A stretch of 42,924 nucleotides of DNA, from the NCBI GenBank assembly GCA_051453625.1, contig JBOZIK010000001.1, positions 23,056,870 to 23,099,793 on the forward strand, in the 5' to 3' direction. Below the pieces are notes generated by a model. That model was not told the origin of the DNA. It saw only the letters and a program-made list of their open reading frames with translations, and did no database searches. The number at the start of each line of letters is the position of its first letter. Position 1 is the stretch's first letter. The stretch comes from Welwitschia mirabilis. Lineage: Eukaryota. Positions 1 to 12,697 of this stretch are shown here, in pieces. A program made the translations under genes and the position numbers.

Positions 1-3000
1 TGGATATAGAAAATAAGTCAGAAAAGCAATCTTTAGGTGCACTCAATCCTTCTTTTAAATTTTTTTTTTTTTTTGAATCTGATTTTCTTAATAAACACCC
101 TATAGAAGGAGAGAACCAATTCACAATGTCAAGTGCCTCCCATAAGCAAAAACAAGTCATAGCATCTTTTATCCCTAATGCAAACATTAGCCTAAGGGAA
201 TTATTAGCTAATAAAAAATGAGAGATTCCAACCCCTGTTTGATCTATTCCTAGGAGATGACGTTGAGCTTAGAAACTTAAATGCCTATCTAACTTTTAGT
301 GAAGAAGATGATGAAGATCCCCTTCAAAACATATCTAATATAGAACAATTAATCCTCACCTCAGAAAATGGGAAGAACAAAATAACTAATAGAACATATA
401 CGGTAATCTTTCCCATAACATAAAAGGGTAGAGCGAAAAATTGGCTAAAAACCATATGCCACAAAAGCTTAAAAACATGAGATCAAGTCCAGGAGATCTT
501 TGTAAAGAGATTTATGAGTGAAGAAACTATGAGAAAAAGAAAAAAGGAGGTAACAAACTTTCAACAAAAATCAAATAAAGACTATGCCTTCACATATGAG
601 CGTTTCTTTATAGCCTACCATTCTAATCCAGTAGATGCTTTTTCATCNNNNNNNNNNNNNNNNNNNNNNNNNNNNNNGCTAATTCCAAATACAAAGCAAC
701 TTGTAGATTTTTTTTTTTTTTTTTTTTTATGAACGAAACCTCATGAACTTTACATTAGATAATTCATGAACAAAATTAAAAGAACTTGCAGAGGTTAGTC
801 AATCTTGATCAACTCCTAAAGAAAATACAACTATAGGCTAACTCATAAATGATAAAAAGACATAGAATCTAATCCTACAAATTTCATGAGAGATTTTACA
901 ACAACGTTGGAGAAGTACAAAAAAATGATCTTAGATGTCAAATCCATAATCGAAAGAAATGATATGCAAACTTGTGATTTATGTGAGGATAATTATCAAA
1001 TCACTAAAACCTATCCTCTTTGGCCAACATACAAAGAAAGAATATGTGAAGAAGTTTATGCCTTTAACCAACAATCTCAAAACTTTAAAAATCAAAATTA
1101 GGCTCAACCTAAGTTGAACACTCATTTTCAAAGTAATTCTCAACCTTTTAGAAACTGATTTGAAAATACAAACTACCAACCAAGACCACCAAAATTTTAA
1201 CATCCAATGATCAACTCATAAACCTTACAAAGGAACTTAGAAGAATAAATACCAACATGGAAAATATGGTAAATATTTTTTAATAAACAATACTAGCAAA
1301 TCAAATACCTCAAGGAACTTTAGCAACACAACCTTTATCAAACCCGAATGAACTAAGAAAAGATTATAAGGTTGTGACAAGAAGGGGACAAGAAATAAAC
1401 CCTCCTTCAAAGGAACCTTTCTCAAAATGATTTTAAAAATGATGAAGAATAAGAGGAAGAAGAAATTAAGATATTAAAACATTACAACTTTCCTTCTCTT
1501 AGTAAAAAGAAAAAGAAAAATCCTTCTCAATAAACCACCCCTTGGTTTGATAGTCTTAACAAAAATTTAACATTTAACGAACATCTTAAAGCCTTGATGA
1601 AAAACATAAGCATAAACTTATCTTTTTGGAAAATTTTGCAATAAAATCCAGGGTACTCAAAACTTTAGAAGGACTTAATAAGAAGAAAACAAAAATGAAT
1701 CATCCTTAGTAAAGTCTTTCTAACACAATCCCTAATGAATTTAGTATTATAAAAATCACCCAAATTTAAAGATTAAGGAGCAGCAATGGTGAATGTGAAT
1801 TTAGAGGGAAATAAAAAGATTAAAAAATCCTTAATAGACATTGGAGCGAGTGTTAACATTATACCACTTCACATTTGTAAGAGACTTAGCTTAGAGGATA
1901 GAATAGAGCCTACTCTGATTGTCTTAGAATTAGTAAACACTTCAGTTAAAAAACCATTATGCATCATTAAAGATTTGGCAATACAAATAGAAGAAGCTTG
2001 CTACTCTATGGATGTGATTATCATAGAAGTTGAGCATAATAGAGGATATCCTTTACTTTTAGGAAGATCCTTTTGTGTAATAGCTTACTGCATCATTGAT
2101 AGAAGAGCTAGAAAAATGAAATGTTATTTTGAAAATAGAACGTTTACAATTAGAGTTTTTGATGCACCTGAGAACGATTTAGGTGATGATATGAATATTA
2201 AAGATAATGTCGAACCCACTTTATTCTTACAACATCATCCACTTGAAGAAAAAGAGATGAAATCAAATAAGCATGTGCTTTGTGATGACCAACTTAAGAG
2301 TAAAGAAGAAACACAACCTTTAGAGTGTAAGGAAGTCCAACTCTTCAAGAAAGATTATGAGGGAGATTGTCCATTGCATAAGCCAAAAATTGAAAATCAT
2401 AATTTAAATTTGGATAAAAATGTTTTTAATGTACTTGAATATAATTTTCTTTGTGATATTCAAAATAAAACTCTTACATTTAATGAAAATCTTTTATCCA
2501 AATTACCATTTCTCTTCCCTTTGACTTCCAAAATTTGTGCTTTAATGTGGTTTCATAGAGTGCTCTCCATTATTCCTCTCTTCATCTAATTGATTTTACT
2601 TGGAAATAATTGTACGTCTCTTATATTTTATCAATTGGTAAATTTTTTGTTTGGACCTTATTTCTCTAAACATCTTGAGACCAAAATAGATCCTTAGCTT
2701 TTCCTTCTTCTTTTTTTTTCAATAAAAATATGAGTTAAATTTAGGAATCAAATAAAATTTGCTTGTCTTGGAATTTTTCTTTCAGCTTTCTGTTCTGATA
2801 TTCTCTATTTTTATTTTTTTGCTTTTGGTTTTTATTTTTGTTTGCAGTTTTTATTTTATATTTCTATAATAATAAATCTGTCGTCTCCTCGATCGTCCCC
2901 ACGACAAATAAGATGACAGTCAGTTTTGATTGTTTTTCAACTTTCTAATAATTTTTTATGTTTTCTGATAAATTTTCTATTGCTCTGCCTCTGTCGTTCT

Positions 3001-3262
3001 CTATGTCCTCTGGACAACGAGCAGGGCTGATAATCAATAAATAAATGATTTTTATTTTCTATTATTTGAGAAAACACATTTTTATGGCTCTATTAATATT
3101 TCTGATTTAACTTCTTAGGAATTTTAGAAAGTAAATAGGAAAATTTTGGAATTTCATAAGCAAACTGTCTAAATTTTCTCTTAACTTTTTTCTTTGAAGG
3201 TTATTATGGCATTACTTGATCATTTTTCAAACTTGACTTATGTATTTATCTCCATGACTAGT
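1..3262 (+). mobile_element. Athila-type Ty3/gypsy non-autonomous element, internal region copy 1 (begins before the window, ends at an N-gap)
   Basis: Collinear with ~14750-18010. Carries gag and aspartic protease remnants, followed by non-coding T-rich sequence with no RT. Confidence 0.85.
126..2697 (+). pseudogene. gag: Degenerate gag-aspartic protease polyprotein (Athila type)
   Basis: Manual translation gives EDPLQNI...IFPIT*KGRAKNWL...T*DQVQEIFVKRF...EVTNFQQ...TYERF (Athila gag), CDLC, and LIDIGASVNIIP...PLLLGRSF (retropepsin; ORF 1786-2589). Many stops and frameshifts. Confidence 0.85.
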
Positions 3263-3362
3263 NNNNNNNNNNNNNNNNNNNNNNNNNNNNNNNNNNNNNN
3301 NNNNNNNNNNNNNNNNNNNNNNNNNNNNNNNNNNNNNNNNNNNNNNNNNNNNNNNNNNNNNN

Positions 3363-4360
3363 ATTTCTAGCAAAGTCTTTTTAGCACAATCCCTCATTAA
3401 TTTAGTGTTACAAAGATTACTAAAATTTAAAGATCCAGGAGTAGCTACAGTGAATGTTACTTTAAAGGAAAATAAAAAGATTAGAAAAGCCTTAATAGAC
3501 ATTAGAACGAGTGTTAATATTATGCTGCTTTACATTTGTACGAGATATGATTTGGAGGATAGAAGAGAGCCTACTTTAGTTGTCTTAGAATTAGCAGATA
3601 CTTTAGTTAAGAAAACATTAAGCATTATTAAAGATTTGGAAATTTAAATAGAAGAGGCTTGCTATTCCATAGATGTAATTATCATAAAAGTTGAGCATAA
3701 CAGAGGATACCCTTTACTTCTAGGAAGAGCCTTTTGTGCAACAACCCACTGCATCATTGATACAAGAGTAAGAATAATGAAATGTCATTTTGAAAATAGA
3801 ACATTTACAATTAGGGTTTTTGATGTAGCTAAGAAAGATCTAGGTGATCATGAAATGAACTTAGAAGATAACATTAAATCCACTTTATTTTTACAACATT
3901 ATCCACTTGAAGAAAGAGAGATTAAATTAAATGAGAATGTGCTTTGTGATGACCAACTTAAGAATGAAGAAGAAATTTAACCTTTAGAGTGTAAAGAAGT
4001 CCAACTTTTCAAGAAAAATTATGAGATATATTATCCATTACATAAGCTAAAAATTAAAAATCATAATTTAAATTTGGATGAAAATGTTTTCAATTGACTT
4101 AAATATAATTTTCTTTGTGATGTTCAAAATAAAACTCTTGTGATAAATGAAAATATTTTACCAGAGTCACCATTTCTTATCCATTTGACTTCCAAAATTT
4201 ATGCTTTAATGTGGTATCATAGAGTGCTCTCCCTTACTCCTCTCTTCATCCAATTGATTGTATTTGAAAATAATTATAGATCTCTTATGTTTTATTAATT
4301 GGTAAATTTCTAGTTTAGACATTTTTTCTCTATAAATCTTGAGACTAAAACAGATCCTTA
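3363..4360 (+). pseudogene. Aspartic protease and C-terminal extension remnant, copy 2
   Basis: LLKFKDPGVA / ALIDIRTSVNIM / PLLLGRAFCATTHCIID, homologous to ORF 1786-2589; in-frame stops. Confidence 0.8.
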
Positions 4361-6248
4361 GGGATTGAATAAAATTTTTGTACCTTGCTATTTTCTTTTC
4401 AGCTTTCTATTTTGATAATCTTTGATTTCATTTTTTGTTTTTAGTTTTTGTTTCTATATGAAGTTTCTATTTTCTATTTCTGCTACAATAAATCTATCAT
4501 CTCCTCTGTCGTCCCCACGAAAGACAAGACGATAGTCATGTTTGATATTTTTTAGCTTTTTAAATTTTTCTGTTTTCTGATACATTTTTGTTCCTATTGT
4601 CCTCTCTGTCATCTGGACGATGAACAGGATGACAGTTAATAAAATAATCATTCTTGCTTTTTGTTATTTTGAGAAAATACATTTTTATGTCTTTGTTAAG
4701 ATTTCTAACTTGATTGCTTGAGAATTTTGAGAAGTAAATGAATAAAATTTGGAATTTCATGAGCAAACCATTTGAATTTTTTCTTAGATTTTTCCTTTGA
4801 AGGTTATTATGGCATTACTTGATCATTTTTCAAACTTGACTTATGTATTTATCTCCATGACTAGTCTTTTAACTTGAGTGTTTTAGTGGTAAGATTGGAT
4901 TTACCCAATCTTAGGACATTCACATGTCCATAAACTTTAGTTTGAAGGGGGATGCTTATTTTTCTCAATGGTAAAAAGGTCTTAGATTATTTAAGAGTGT
5001 TCTTTTCTGTCTTTATCTTACGACTTTCATCTTTATCTTTTGGAATGTTTTGTCATGTGGAATGTTTATTTTGTTTAAAGAAAAAAGAGGTAAAATAAGA
5101 CTGATGTTTTATTTATGATATTTCAAAAACATGATCACTATGATGTCTTACCACAAGTACACTGGGGCAAATATTTCCGAGAGGAGCCTTTGGCAGTGTA
5201 ATATGGTAACTATAGGAACTCTACTAGAAGGTTAGCTAACCATGCTTCATGGGTCCTTACTTCTCTGATGGTGGCTATACTCCCCTCATCATGGATAATA
5301 AAATTGTATTTAACTTTGAGGCTATGGGATCAATAGTATTCCTTGTGTTATTAGAGGCATTGCTTATTTCCTAGACTCTTAGTCTTTCCACATGATTATT
5401 TCATTTCTTGATATTTAGATGTTTGTTTTGAGATGACAGCAGGTGAGTTCATTTTTGAGCAATTCTTTGATCTGATCATTCATTTTATCTTTAGCATCGT
5501 CATAACCACTGACTCCTTGAATGGAATATTTTATACATCAAGTTATGCATTTTTAATATTAAGTGATGTTATGATTTCTTTCATGAGAATCTGCTAAGTT
5601 AAAATATTAGATACATAAATTATCTTTCACTTATGTTACCTTATGCCTATTCTTTTTGTTTTCTTTTATGATTTAGTTAGTTATTTCAAAGTCATTACTA
5701 TATTTTCTTATCTTCATGTCTTTTTTATTTAATTTTCAATAAAAGCAAAGTTCTTGCTTAGTTAAGTTTTCTTAATAAATTTTATTTTTAGTGTTGTAAG
5801 CACTGCCCTTAATCATTTTTGTGACAAAACATTTCTATTGTTCACTCTTTTTCTTTACTTATCAGAATATCCCATAGATCTATATTTTTCACATCTGACA
5901 TTACTCAGCTTTGTACTTCTTTTTAAAAAGTTTCCTCTTTTACCAACCTTCTCACTCCTGTTTACTTTCTTTACTTTATTTTTCAATACAGGATGTATTG
6001 CTTTTTCTTTGGGGGAGGGGGTAGAGACCCATTTTCATGGCTCATTTTCAAAAAATTTTAACTTAATCTAGATCTTTTTATAAGATAAAATTTTTAAAAT
6101 TTTTAAACACATTATACATTACTTATTATTTATCTATGTGATGTGTTTTATGAGCCTGTTTTATAATTTTAAATTTATCTTTTGAAAAATAAATTAGCTT
6201 GCAATTATGATTTTTTGCCTGGTTTTTTGTCAGGGACTGATAAAGGCT

Positions 6249-6261
6249 AAGTGAAGGGCGA
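6249..6261 (+). promoter_or_regulatory. Polypurine tract of the Athila-type element
   Basis: AAGTGAAGGGCGA immediately 5' of the LTR start TGTTG at 6262; resembles the Athila AAGTGTGGGGG-type PPT. Confidence 0.7.
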
Positions 6262-6990
6262 TGTTGAACTGCCAATTTGTGGTTATTTGATGGGGTTTTA
6301 TGAGTTATTTTGTAAGACTTTTATACAGGTTTAGGTGTAATTCTGAGGATTTTGGAGATTCAATAGGGAATCTCGGAAATATGCGATTCTTACTCAAATT
6401 TGATGTATTAAAGGCATATTCTATTATACAGAGCTTTGTAAAAGGATTATTGACAAAAATGCTAAGTTTATTCTCAATAAAATGATTAAAGAATATCGTC
6501 GTTTCCTCTATTGTTTTTATGATAGACAGGACGATGACATATTTGCATGTTGATGTGGACTACTGAGTCATCATTCTGAATCACCTTTTATAATGAGTTG
6601 TCATCTTTATTTGTCATTCGGATGATAGTTAGGATGACACTAACATGTAACCAATTCTGATAGTGACCTTTAACCGTTTCGTCAATTTCTGAATGGTAAA
6701 TGAGTGCATCTTACCATGCCTTCTGTTTATCTTTTTCTGCTATATTTTCTTATAAATAAATCCTTATTTGACTCTCCTTCTTATCTTTGTTGTACTAAAA
6801 ATTCTCATGATAGAATATTGAAGGACGGGAGATCCATCTTGAGTGTTGTAAAAAGACGTGCACTTAGTGGAGGGCTGTGTATCCTCCATTGAGACCCGAC
6901 TATTTTGTAACTAAGATGCTTGTTACTCATTCTTAATATAAACTTTATTTTATTTTCATGTTTGCATTGTAGATTCTCTGATAATCCTTT
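6262..6990 (+). repeat. Athila-type LTR, 5' part (interrupted by the Sirevirus at 6991)
   Basis: Starts TGTTG; collinear with solo LTR 20696-~21408; TATA-like TATAAATAAA at 6751. Confidence 0.9.
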
Positions 6991-8110
6991 TGTTAGATTA
7001 TGTTTTGTTAATTGATGTCAAATTAATGTTTTCTGTATAGTAAATTTTGTGTATCTTATGCAGAAGATGTTAATTACTTGTAGGTCGAAAGATGAAACTA
7101 AAACCATCAAATTCTGAGCACTAGAAACCTTTCAGTTCATTTACTCTCTTAAAGGATTGACAAGATTTTCAAGGGTCGACTGCACTTGAAGCAGATAAAA
7201 AAAATAAACTGAATCCAGAGGGGTTAACTGGATTTCTGATAGGATCGACTGGACTTGTAACCTCGAGAACTAGTGTCCTTGAACTGAAAGGAAAGGGGTC
7301 GACTAGATCTTTATGAGGTTAACTAGATTTGAGAACCTGATAAACAGTATCCCTAGACTAAATGATAAGGGATCAACCAGACCTATGATGAAGTCGACTA
7401 TATTTGTGAACCAAGGAACAGTACTCTTGAAATGATTGTCAAGGAGTCGACCGGACCTATGATGGGATCAACCGGACCTATGATGGGGTCGACCGGATCT
7501 GAGAACTATGCAGCTGACGCTCCTAAGCCAATCGTCATGGGGTCAACTAGACTTGATGCTAGAAACTAGAAAGATCTTTATCAAGATAAGAGAGACCAGA
7601 TTTTGTAGTAAGCGACCAGACTAGGATCAACTAGACCTAGATGAGGTCAATCGGATATGAAGCCATAAGAAATTAGGGTGATCAAAATTTTCACTCAGGA
7701 AACCTGTGTAAGTCATGGCACCAGATGGGGTCGACCGGACTTTGAGGGGTCGACAGATGAAACAAAACTAAAATTTTCTATCTATTATATACCCATTTTA
7801 TATCTATTAGATAGCCATTTTTTAGTCATTTATAGTCATTAGAAGCACATTTCAAATGTAATAAACCCTAAAATCCTTATAATATAAATAGCCAAAAGAT
7901 ATATAGTTATAGAATTCTTTAGAACCATCTTTAATTGTACTAATCTTGTGGGTCTAAGGAACTAACACTGTAATCTTGAGATATTTGCTATTGAGTCTTA
8001 GCATTTATACTTTTAACCAAAGAAGATCTATTGTTTGTATCATCTCTACATTTAAGGTCAGATCTAGTGCATCATCTATTGTACATCTACAGGACAAGAG
8101 CTGGTTAAGT
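6991..8110 (+). repeat. Sirevirus 5' LTR (3' end missing)
   Basis: Aligns with 12698-~13820, then homology stops. AAACCCTAA at 7863 and TATAAATAG at 7883. Confidence 0.88.
7170..7755. repeat. Array of palindromic GGGGTCGACCGGAYCT-like motifs in the 5' LTR
   Basis: About 15 degenerate copies with a GTCGAC core (e.g. GGGGTCGACCGGATCT at ~7485), upstream of the TATA box. Confidence 0.85.
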
Positions 8111-8249
8111 CTATTCTTAGATTTTAACTGATCTAGACTTCAGAACCCTACAATGAGTATCTTCTTTGAAGACTTTTCAAATATACCCTTCCTAGACATC
8201 TGTACTTTTATTTATATATTTTTAATAGCATGTGAATATATTTTCAAAT

Positions 8250-11200
8250 AGATTGCAACCAGTGAAAATAAAAAGGAGTCAAGTGAAAGTGACAAAAGAA
8301 ATGCTCAAAAATCTAACAAATAAAGGAGACTTTCTTTATGGCACTTGTGCTTTTCTTTTTTTACAAAATATGCCTAATACATTAGATCATGATGACCTTG
8401 ATGTGATTAGTAAAGAACAGGATGAGCTAGAAGATACCTACTAAAAGTTATACCAAGAATGTGAAAAGTTGGCTAAAAGGATAAATGATCTAAATAGGAT
8501 TATAAAATCTCTCACCAAGGAAAAGGAGGAAATGGAATCAAGTTTTAAAAGAATCAAATAAAAAAACTCTGATCTCATTCTACAGGTAAAAGAGTTATCT
8601 TATTTTGTTACTAAATTTTCTGATAGATCTACCAAATTCAAACAGATGCTTAGAGTTCAGAAAACTATTGGTAACAAGTCAGGTATTGGCTTCATCTCTC
8701 AAATATCTCAAAGGTAGCAAAATCAGATAACTTGTAATGGTAAGTATTTTTTAAAAGTTACTTGTTATTTTTGTGGAAGAATTTATCATTTAAAACACTT
8801 ATGCAATGTTAGAAAATTAATGTTATTTTTAAACTCAGTTAGTACCTTTCTGTTTAAATTTATTCCTAAAGGAGGTATACTATATAAGTGTAAAAGGGCT
8901 ATGTGGGTGAAAGCTAATGATCTTAAAAGTCTTTTAATTTAGACAACTTTCAAGGTTTCAAATAGCACAAGTTGGTATCTAGATAGTGAGTGTTCTAGGC
9001 ATATGATAGGAGACAAATCCATATTCAAATAACTAAGCAACTTTAATGGAGGAGAGGTGACTTTCGAAGACAATGGGAGAGCAAAAAATAGAAGGCATTG
9101 GAAGCATTGGTGGAGGTAACCTTCCTAGAATTAATGAAGTTTTGTATGTAAATTGTTTAAAGGATAATTTATTGAGCATTAATTAAATTTATGACAAAAG
9201 TCACAAGGTAGTCTTTGATAAATCAAAATATGAAATTTTTCATGGAAAATCGAATGATGTAATTCTTAGAGCAAGTAGAATAAACAACATATATAGCATA
9301 GATTGATAATTTTTTCCATGTTATTTTTTAAATATTCCTCAAGAAGAGTTGTGGCATGAACGATTAGGTCATGTTAATTATGATTAATTGAAAATGATTA
9401 TTCACAAAAATATCATGAAAGGTATCCTTAAGATAAATGTAGAAAAAAAAGGCTCATGCGATGTGTACCAAAAGGGAAAATAAACTAGTACTTCATATAA
9501 AATCAAAAATTAAACTTCCACATCTATGCCATTAGAGCTTATTTACATGGATCTAGTAGACCCTGCTCAAACACGAAGTTTAGGTGGAAAATGTTATTTT
9601 CTTACTATGGTTGACGATTTCTCTAGATATACTGAGGTAGCCTTCTTGTCAAATAAATCTGAAGCTTACAAACATTGCATTGAGATATGCAATAAGATTC
9701 AAAATGAAAAGGGGTATACCATAAAGAAAATAAGAAGTAATCATGGTGGTGAATTTGAGAATCATTTTTTTAAGAAATATTTCATTGAAAATGGAATTAA
9801 TCATTAATTTTCAGCCCCAAAATCACCATAACAAAATGGTATAGTTGAAATAAAGAATAGATTTCTCTAAGAAATGGCACAAATTATGCTAAACGATAAG
9901 GAGGTTCCTAAATCCTTTTTAGCTGAGGCAGTTAACAAATCATGGTACATTATTAATAGAGAATATATTAGAACTAGTACAGATAAAATGCCATATGAGT
10001 TATGGAAAGGAAGACAACCAAATGTGTCATATTTTAAGGTTTTCGAAAGTAAATTCTATGTGTTGGAAGATAGAAAACATTTGAGCAAATTCGAGTCTAA
10101 ATCAAATGAAGATCTTTTCTTAGGTTATTCAACTAGAAGCAGAGCCTATCGTGTTTTTAACAAGAGAATATTAACAATAGAAGAGTCAATAAACATGTAA
10201 ATTGATGAGATTGGCAAAAGACAAAACTGTTTAGATGAAGAGAAAGTCATAACTACAAGTATTCCAATAACTAATGCAGGTAATACTGAAAGTAATAAAG
10301 TTTCAGTGAAGGAAGGCATACCAAAAAAGTCCAAATTACTTAAAGATAATCCTTTAGAATCTATTATTAGAGAAGTTAACTCAAAAATGAAGACAAGAGG
10401 ATCTATGAAAAATTTGTATGCTCATGTTTATTATGTTTCAAGGATAGAACCCAAGAAATTTGAAGAAATAGAAAGTCATGAGGAATGAATGATGGTAATG
10501 CAAGATGAGTTACAACAGTTTAAAAGAAATAATGTTTAGAAGTTAGTAGAGAGGCCAAAAGATAAAAATATCATTGGAACTAAATGGATTTTTAAAAACA
10601 AATGTAATGAAGAAAACAATTTCATTAAAAACAAGGAAAGATTAGTAACACAAGACTACAATCAAATAGAAGGCATTAATGTAGGAGATACTTTTACTCT
10701 AGTTGCAAGGCTAGATAGTATTAGAATGTTTTTGTCTTTTGCAGCTCTCAAAAATTTTGAATTTTATTAAATGGATGTAAAGAGTGCTTTTGTAAATGGT
10801 ATTTTAATTGAAGAAGTCTATGTAGAACAACCACAAGGTTTTATTAAACCTCATAAGACTAATCATGTGCATAGACTTAAGAACTCTCTATATGGATTGA
10901 AACAAGCTCTAAGAGTATGATGTAAGAAGCTAGCCACCTTTTTAAATGAAAATGGATATATTCAGGGAACTATAGACAAAACCTTATTTGTAAACAACTT
11001 GAAAAGGATTTCATTATTATACAGATTTATGTAGATGATATTATCTTTAGTGCCTCAAATAAAAAGCTATCAAAAGAATTTACAAATATTATGATAAATC
11101 AATTTAAAATAAGTTTGCTTCGTGAAGTAAAGATGTTTCTTGGACTTCAGATCAAGTAATCTAAAGATGGAATATTCATTTCTCAATCCAAACATGTAAG

Positions 11201-11980
11201 AGATTTAATCAAATGCTTTGGATTATAAAATGCAAAAACAATTGACACTCCTATGTTCACATCATGTAAAGTAAGTTTAGATGAAAATAGTAAACCAATA
11301 GATTAAAAACTTTATAGAAGTATGATTGGTAGTTTATTATATTTGACTACAAGTAAACCAGATATTATGTTTAACATTAAATTTTATGCAAGATATCAAT
11401 CTCAACCAAAAAAAAAATCACATTTGAAAGCAGTAAAAAAAATAATCAGGTATGTAAAAGACACATGTAGATATGGCTTTTAGTATCTCACTGAGATGTC
11501 TTTTGAACTTGCAGGGTTTAGTGATGCAAATTGGGCTAGGTGCAAAGACGATAGAAAGAGTATAAGTGAAAATTGCTTTCTAGTAGGTTCACATTTAGTA
11601 GGATGAGCAAATAAGAAACAAAACTCTATTTCTCTCTCTACTGTAGAAGTGGAACATATTCCAGCAAGAAGTTATTGCACTCATCTTTTATGGATGAAAA
11701 AATGCTAAAGGATTTTGGTATTAATTTTGAACAAGTATCTATTTTCTGTGATAACATCAGTGCTATCAACATATCAAAAAATCCTATTCAGTAGTTAAGA
11801 ATAAAGCATATTGAGCTAAGACATCATTTCCTATGAGATCAAGTTGAAAAAGGACACATCTCTATGAACTTTGTGACTACAAACCAATAACTGGCAGATA
11901 TTTTTACTAAACCCCTAAATTTTGATACTTTTCTTTGTTTTAGAAATGAACTGGGGGTTCTCTCACTGTCTTATATCTAA
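8250..11980 (+). pseudogene. pol: Degenerate copia gag (C-terminal part)-pol
   Basis: NKSGIGF; zinc knuckle CYFCGRIYHLKHLC (8763); protease WYLDSECSRHMIGDKS (8973); LWHERLGH; integrase PLELIYMDL...VDDFSRYT (ORF 9526-9807); RT IGTKWIFKNK, MDVKSAF and YVDD (11028); RNase H FSDANW and ADIFTKPL. Numerous stops. Confidence 0.93.
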
Positions 11981-12313
11981 TTGTAAGAAAGTCAACTAAT
12001 CCTTGATTTGTTCAANNNNNNNNNNNNNNNNNNNNNNNNNNNNNNNNNNNNNNNNNNNNNNNNNNNNNNNNNNNNNNNNNNNNNNNNNNNNNNNNNNNNN
12101 NNNNNNNNNNNNNNNAGAAAGTCAACTAATCCTTGATTTGTTCAACCAAACTAATTAACAATTCGGTTGCTCAAACCCCTTCAGTTTTGTAGGTGTTTCA
12201 TTGGAAGCTAACAGTGCAAAATAGAAGTTTTCGTCTGTATTCCTTGTTCTAATTCTATTTATACATTTATATTTTCCTTATAAACTTTTATTCTCTCCTT
12301 TGTCATTGATGTC

Positions 12314-12697
12314 AAAAGTGGGAGAATTAATTGTTTGTTGTTGAATGTTTTTCTATTAGTATCATATGTGCATAACATGTTTTTCTATTAGTATCATATG
12401 TACTTAACTTAAGGTCTTTTAATGTTGGAAATAAATTCTAAAATGTGAAAATTGATCAAAATGTTAAATGGTTTATATGACCACATTATGTTTCTCATAA
12501 AATATGTTCTCTTAACCCTTCAATTGTGCATATTAAATTTGTTCCATTCAAGTAGAAAATTTGATTATTCAAAATTTCTTAACTTGGCTTCAAAAGGTAT
12601 AATATTTTGTAATAGGCATTTTGTAAGGGGGATCTTTTTTAAGTCCAAACTTTTCCACAACTAAGTATTGTTTACCATCAATGTTAAAAGAGGAGAT
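12314..12697 (+). promoter_or_regulatory. Multiple PPT signature of the Sirevirus
   Basis: AAAAGTGGGAGAA (12314), AAGGGGGA (12625) and terminal AAAAGAGGAGAT (12686-12697) abutting the 3' LTR. Confidence 0.8.

Larger units (their letters stand above)
3363..6261 (+). mobile_element. Athila-type element internal region copy 2 (protease region to PPT)
   Basis: Collinear with 16459-19227. ORFs 3405-3647 and 3777-3980 contain KFKDPG...ALIDIRTSVNIM. Ends in the Athila-like tail TGTCAGGGACTGATAAAGGCTAAGTGAAGGGCGA directly before the LTR. Confidence 0.85.

Noticed and set aside
1786..2589. 267-aa ORF as a functional host aspartic protease gene
   Set aside because: Fragment of a disrupted gag-PR polyprotein with three decayed paralogues in the window.
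7170..7755. Spaced palindromic repeats resembling a CRISPR array
   Set aside because: Irregular spacing, spacers similar to one another, duplicated in both LTRs, no cas genes, eukaryotic context; a known Sirevirus LTR feature.
11981..12697. env-like gene of the Sirevirus
   Set aside because: Only ~600 bp once the gap overlap is removed; ORF 12452-12664 has no recognisable similarity.
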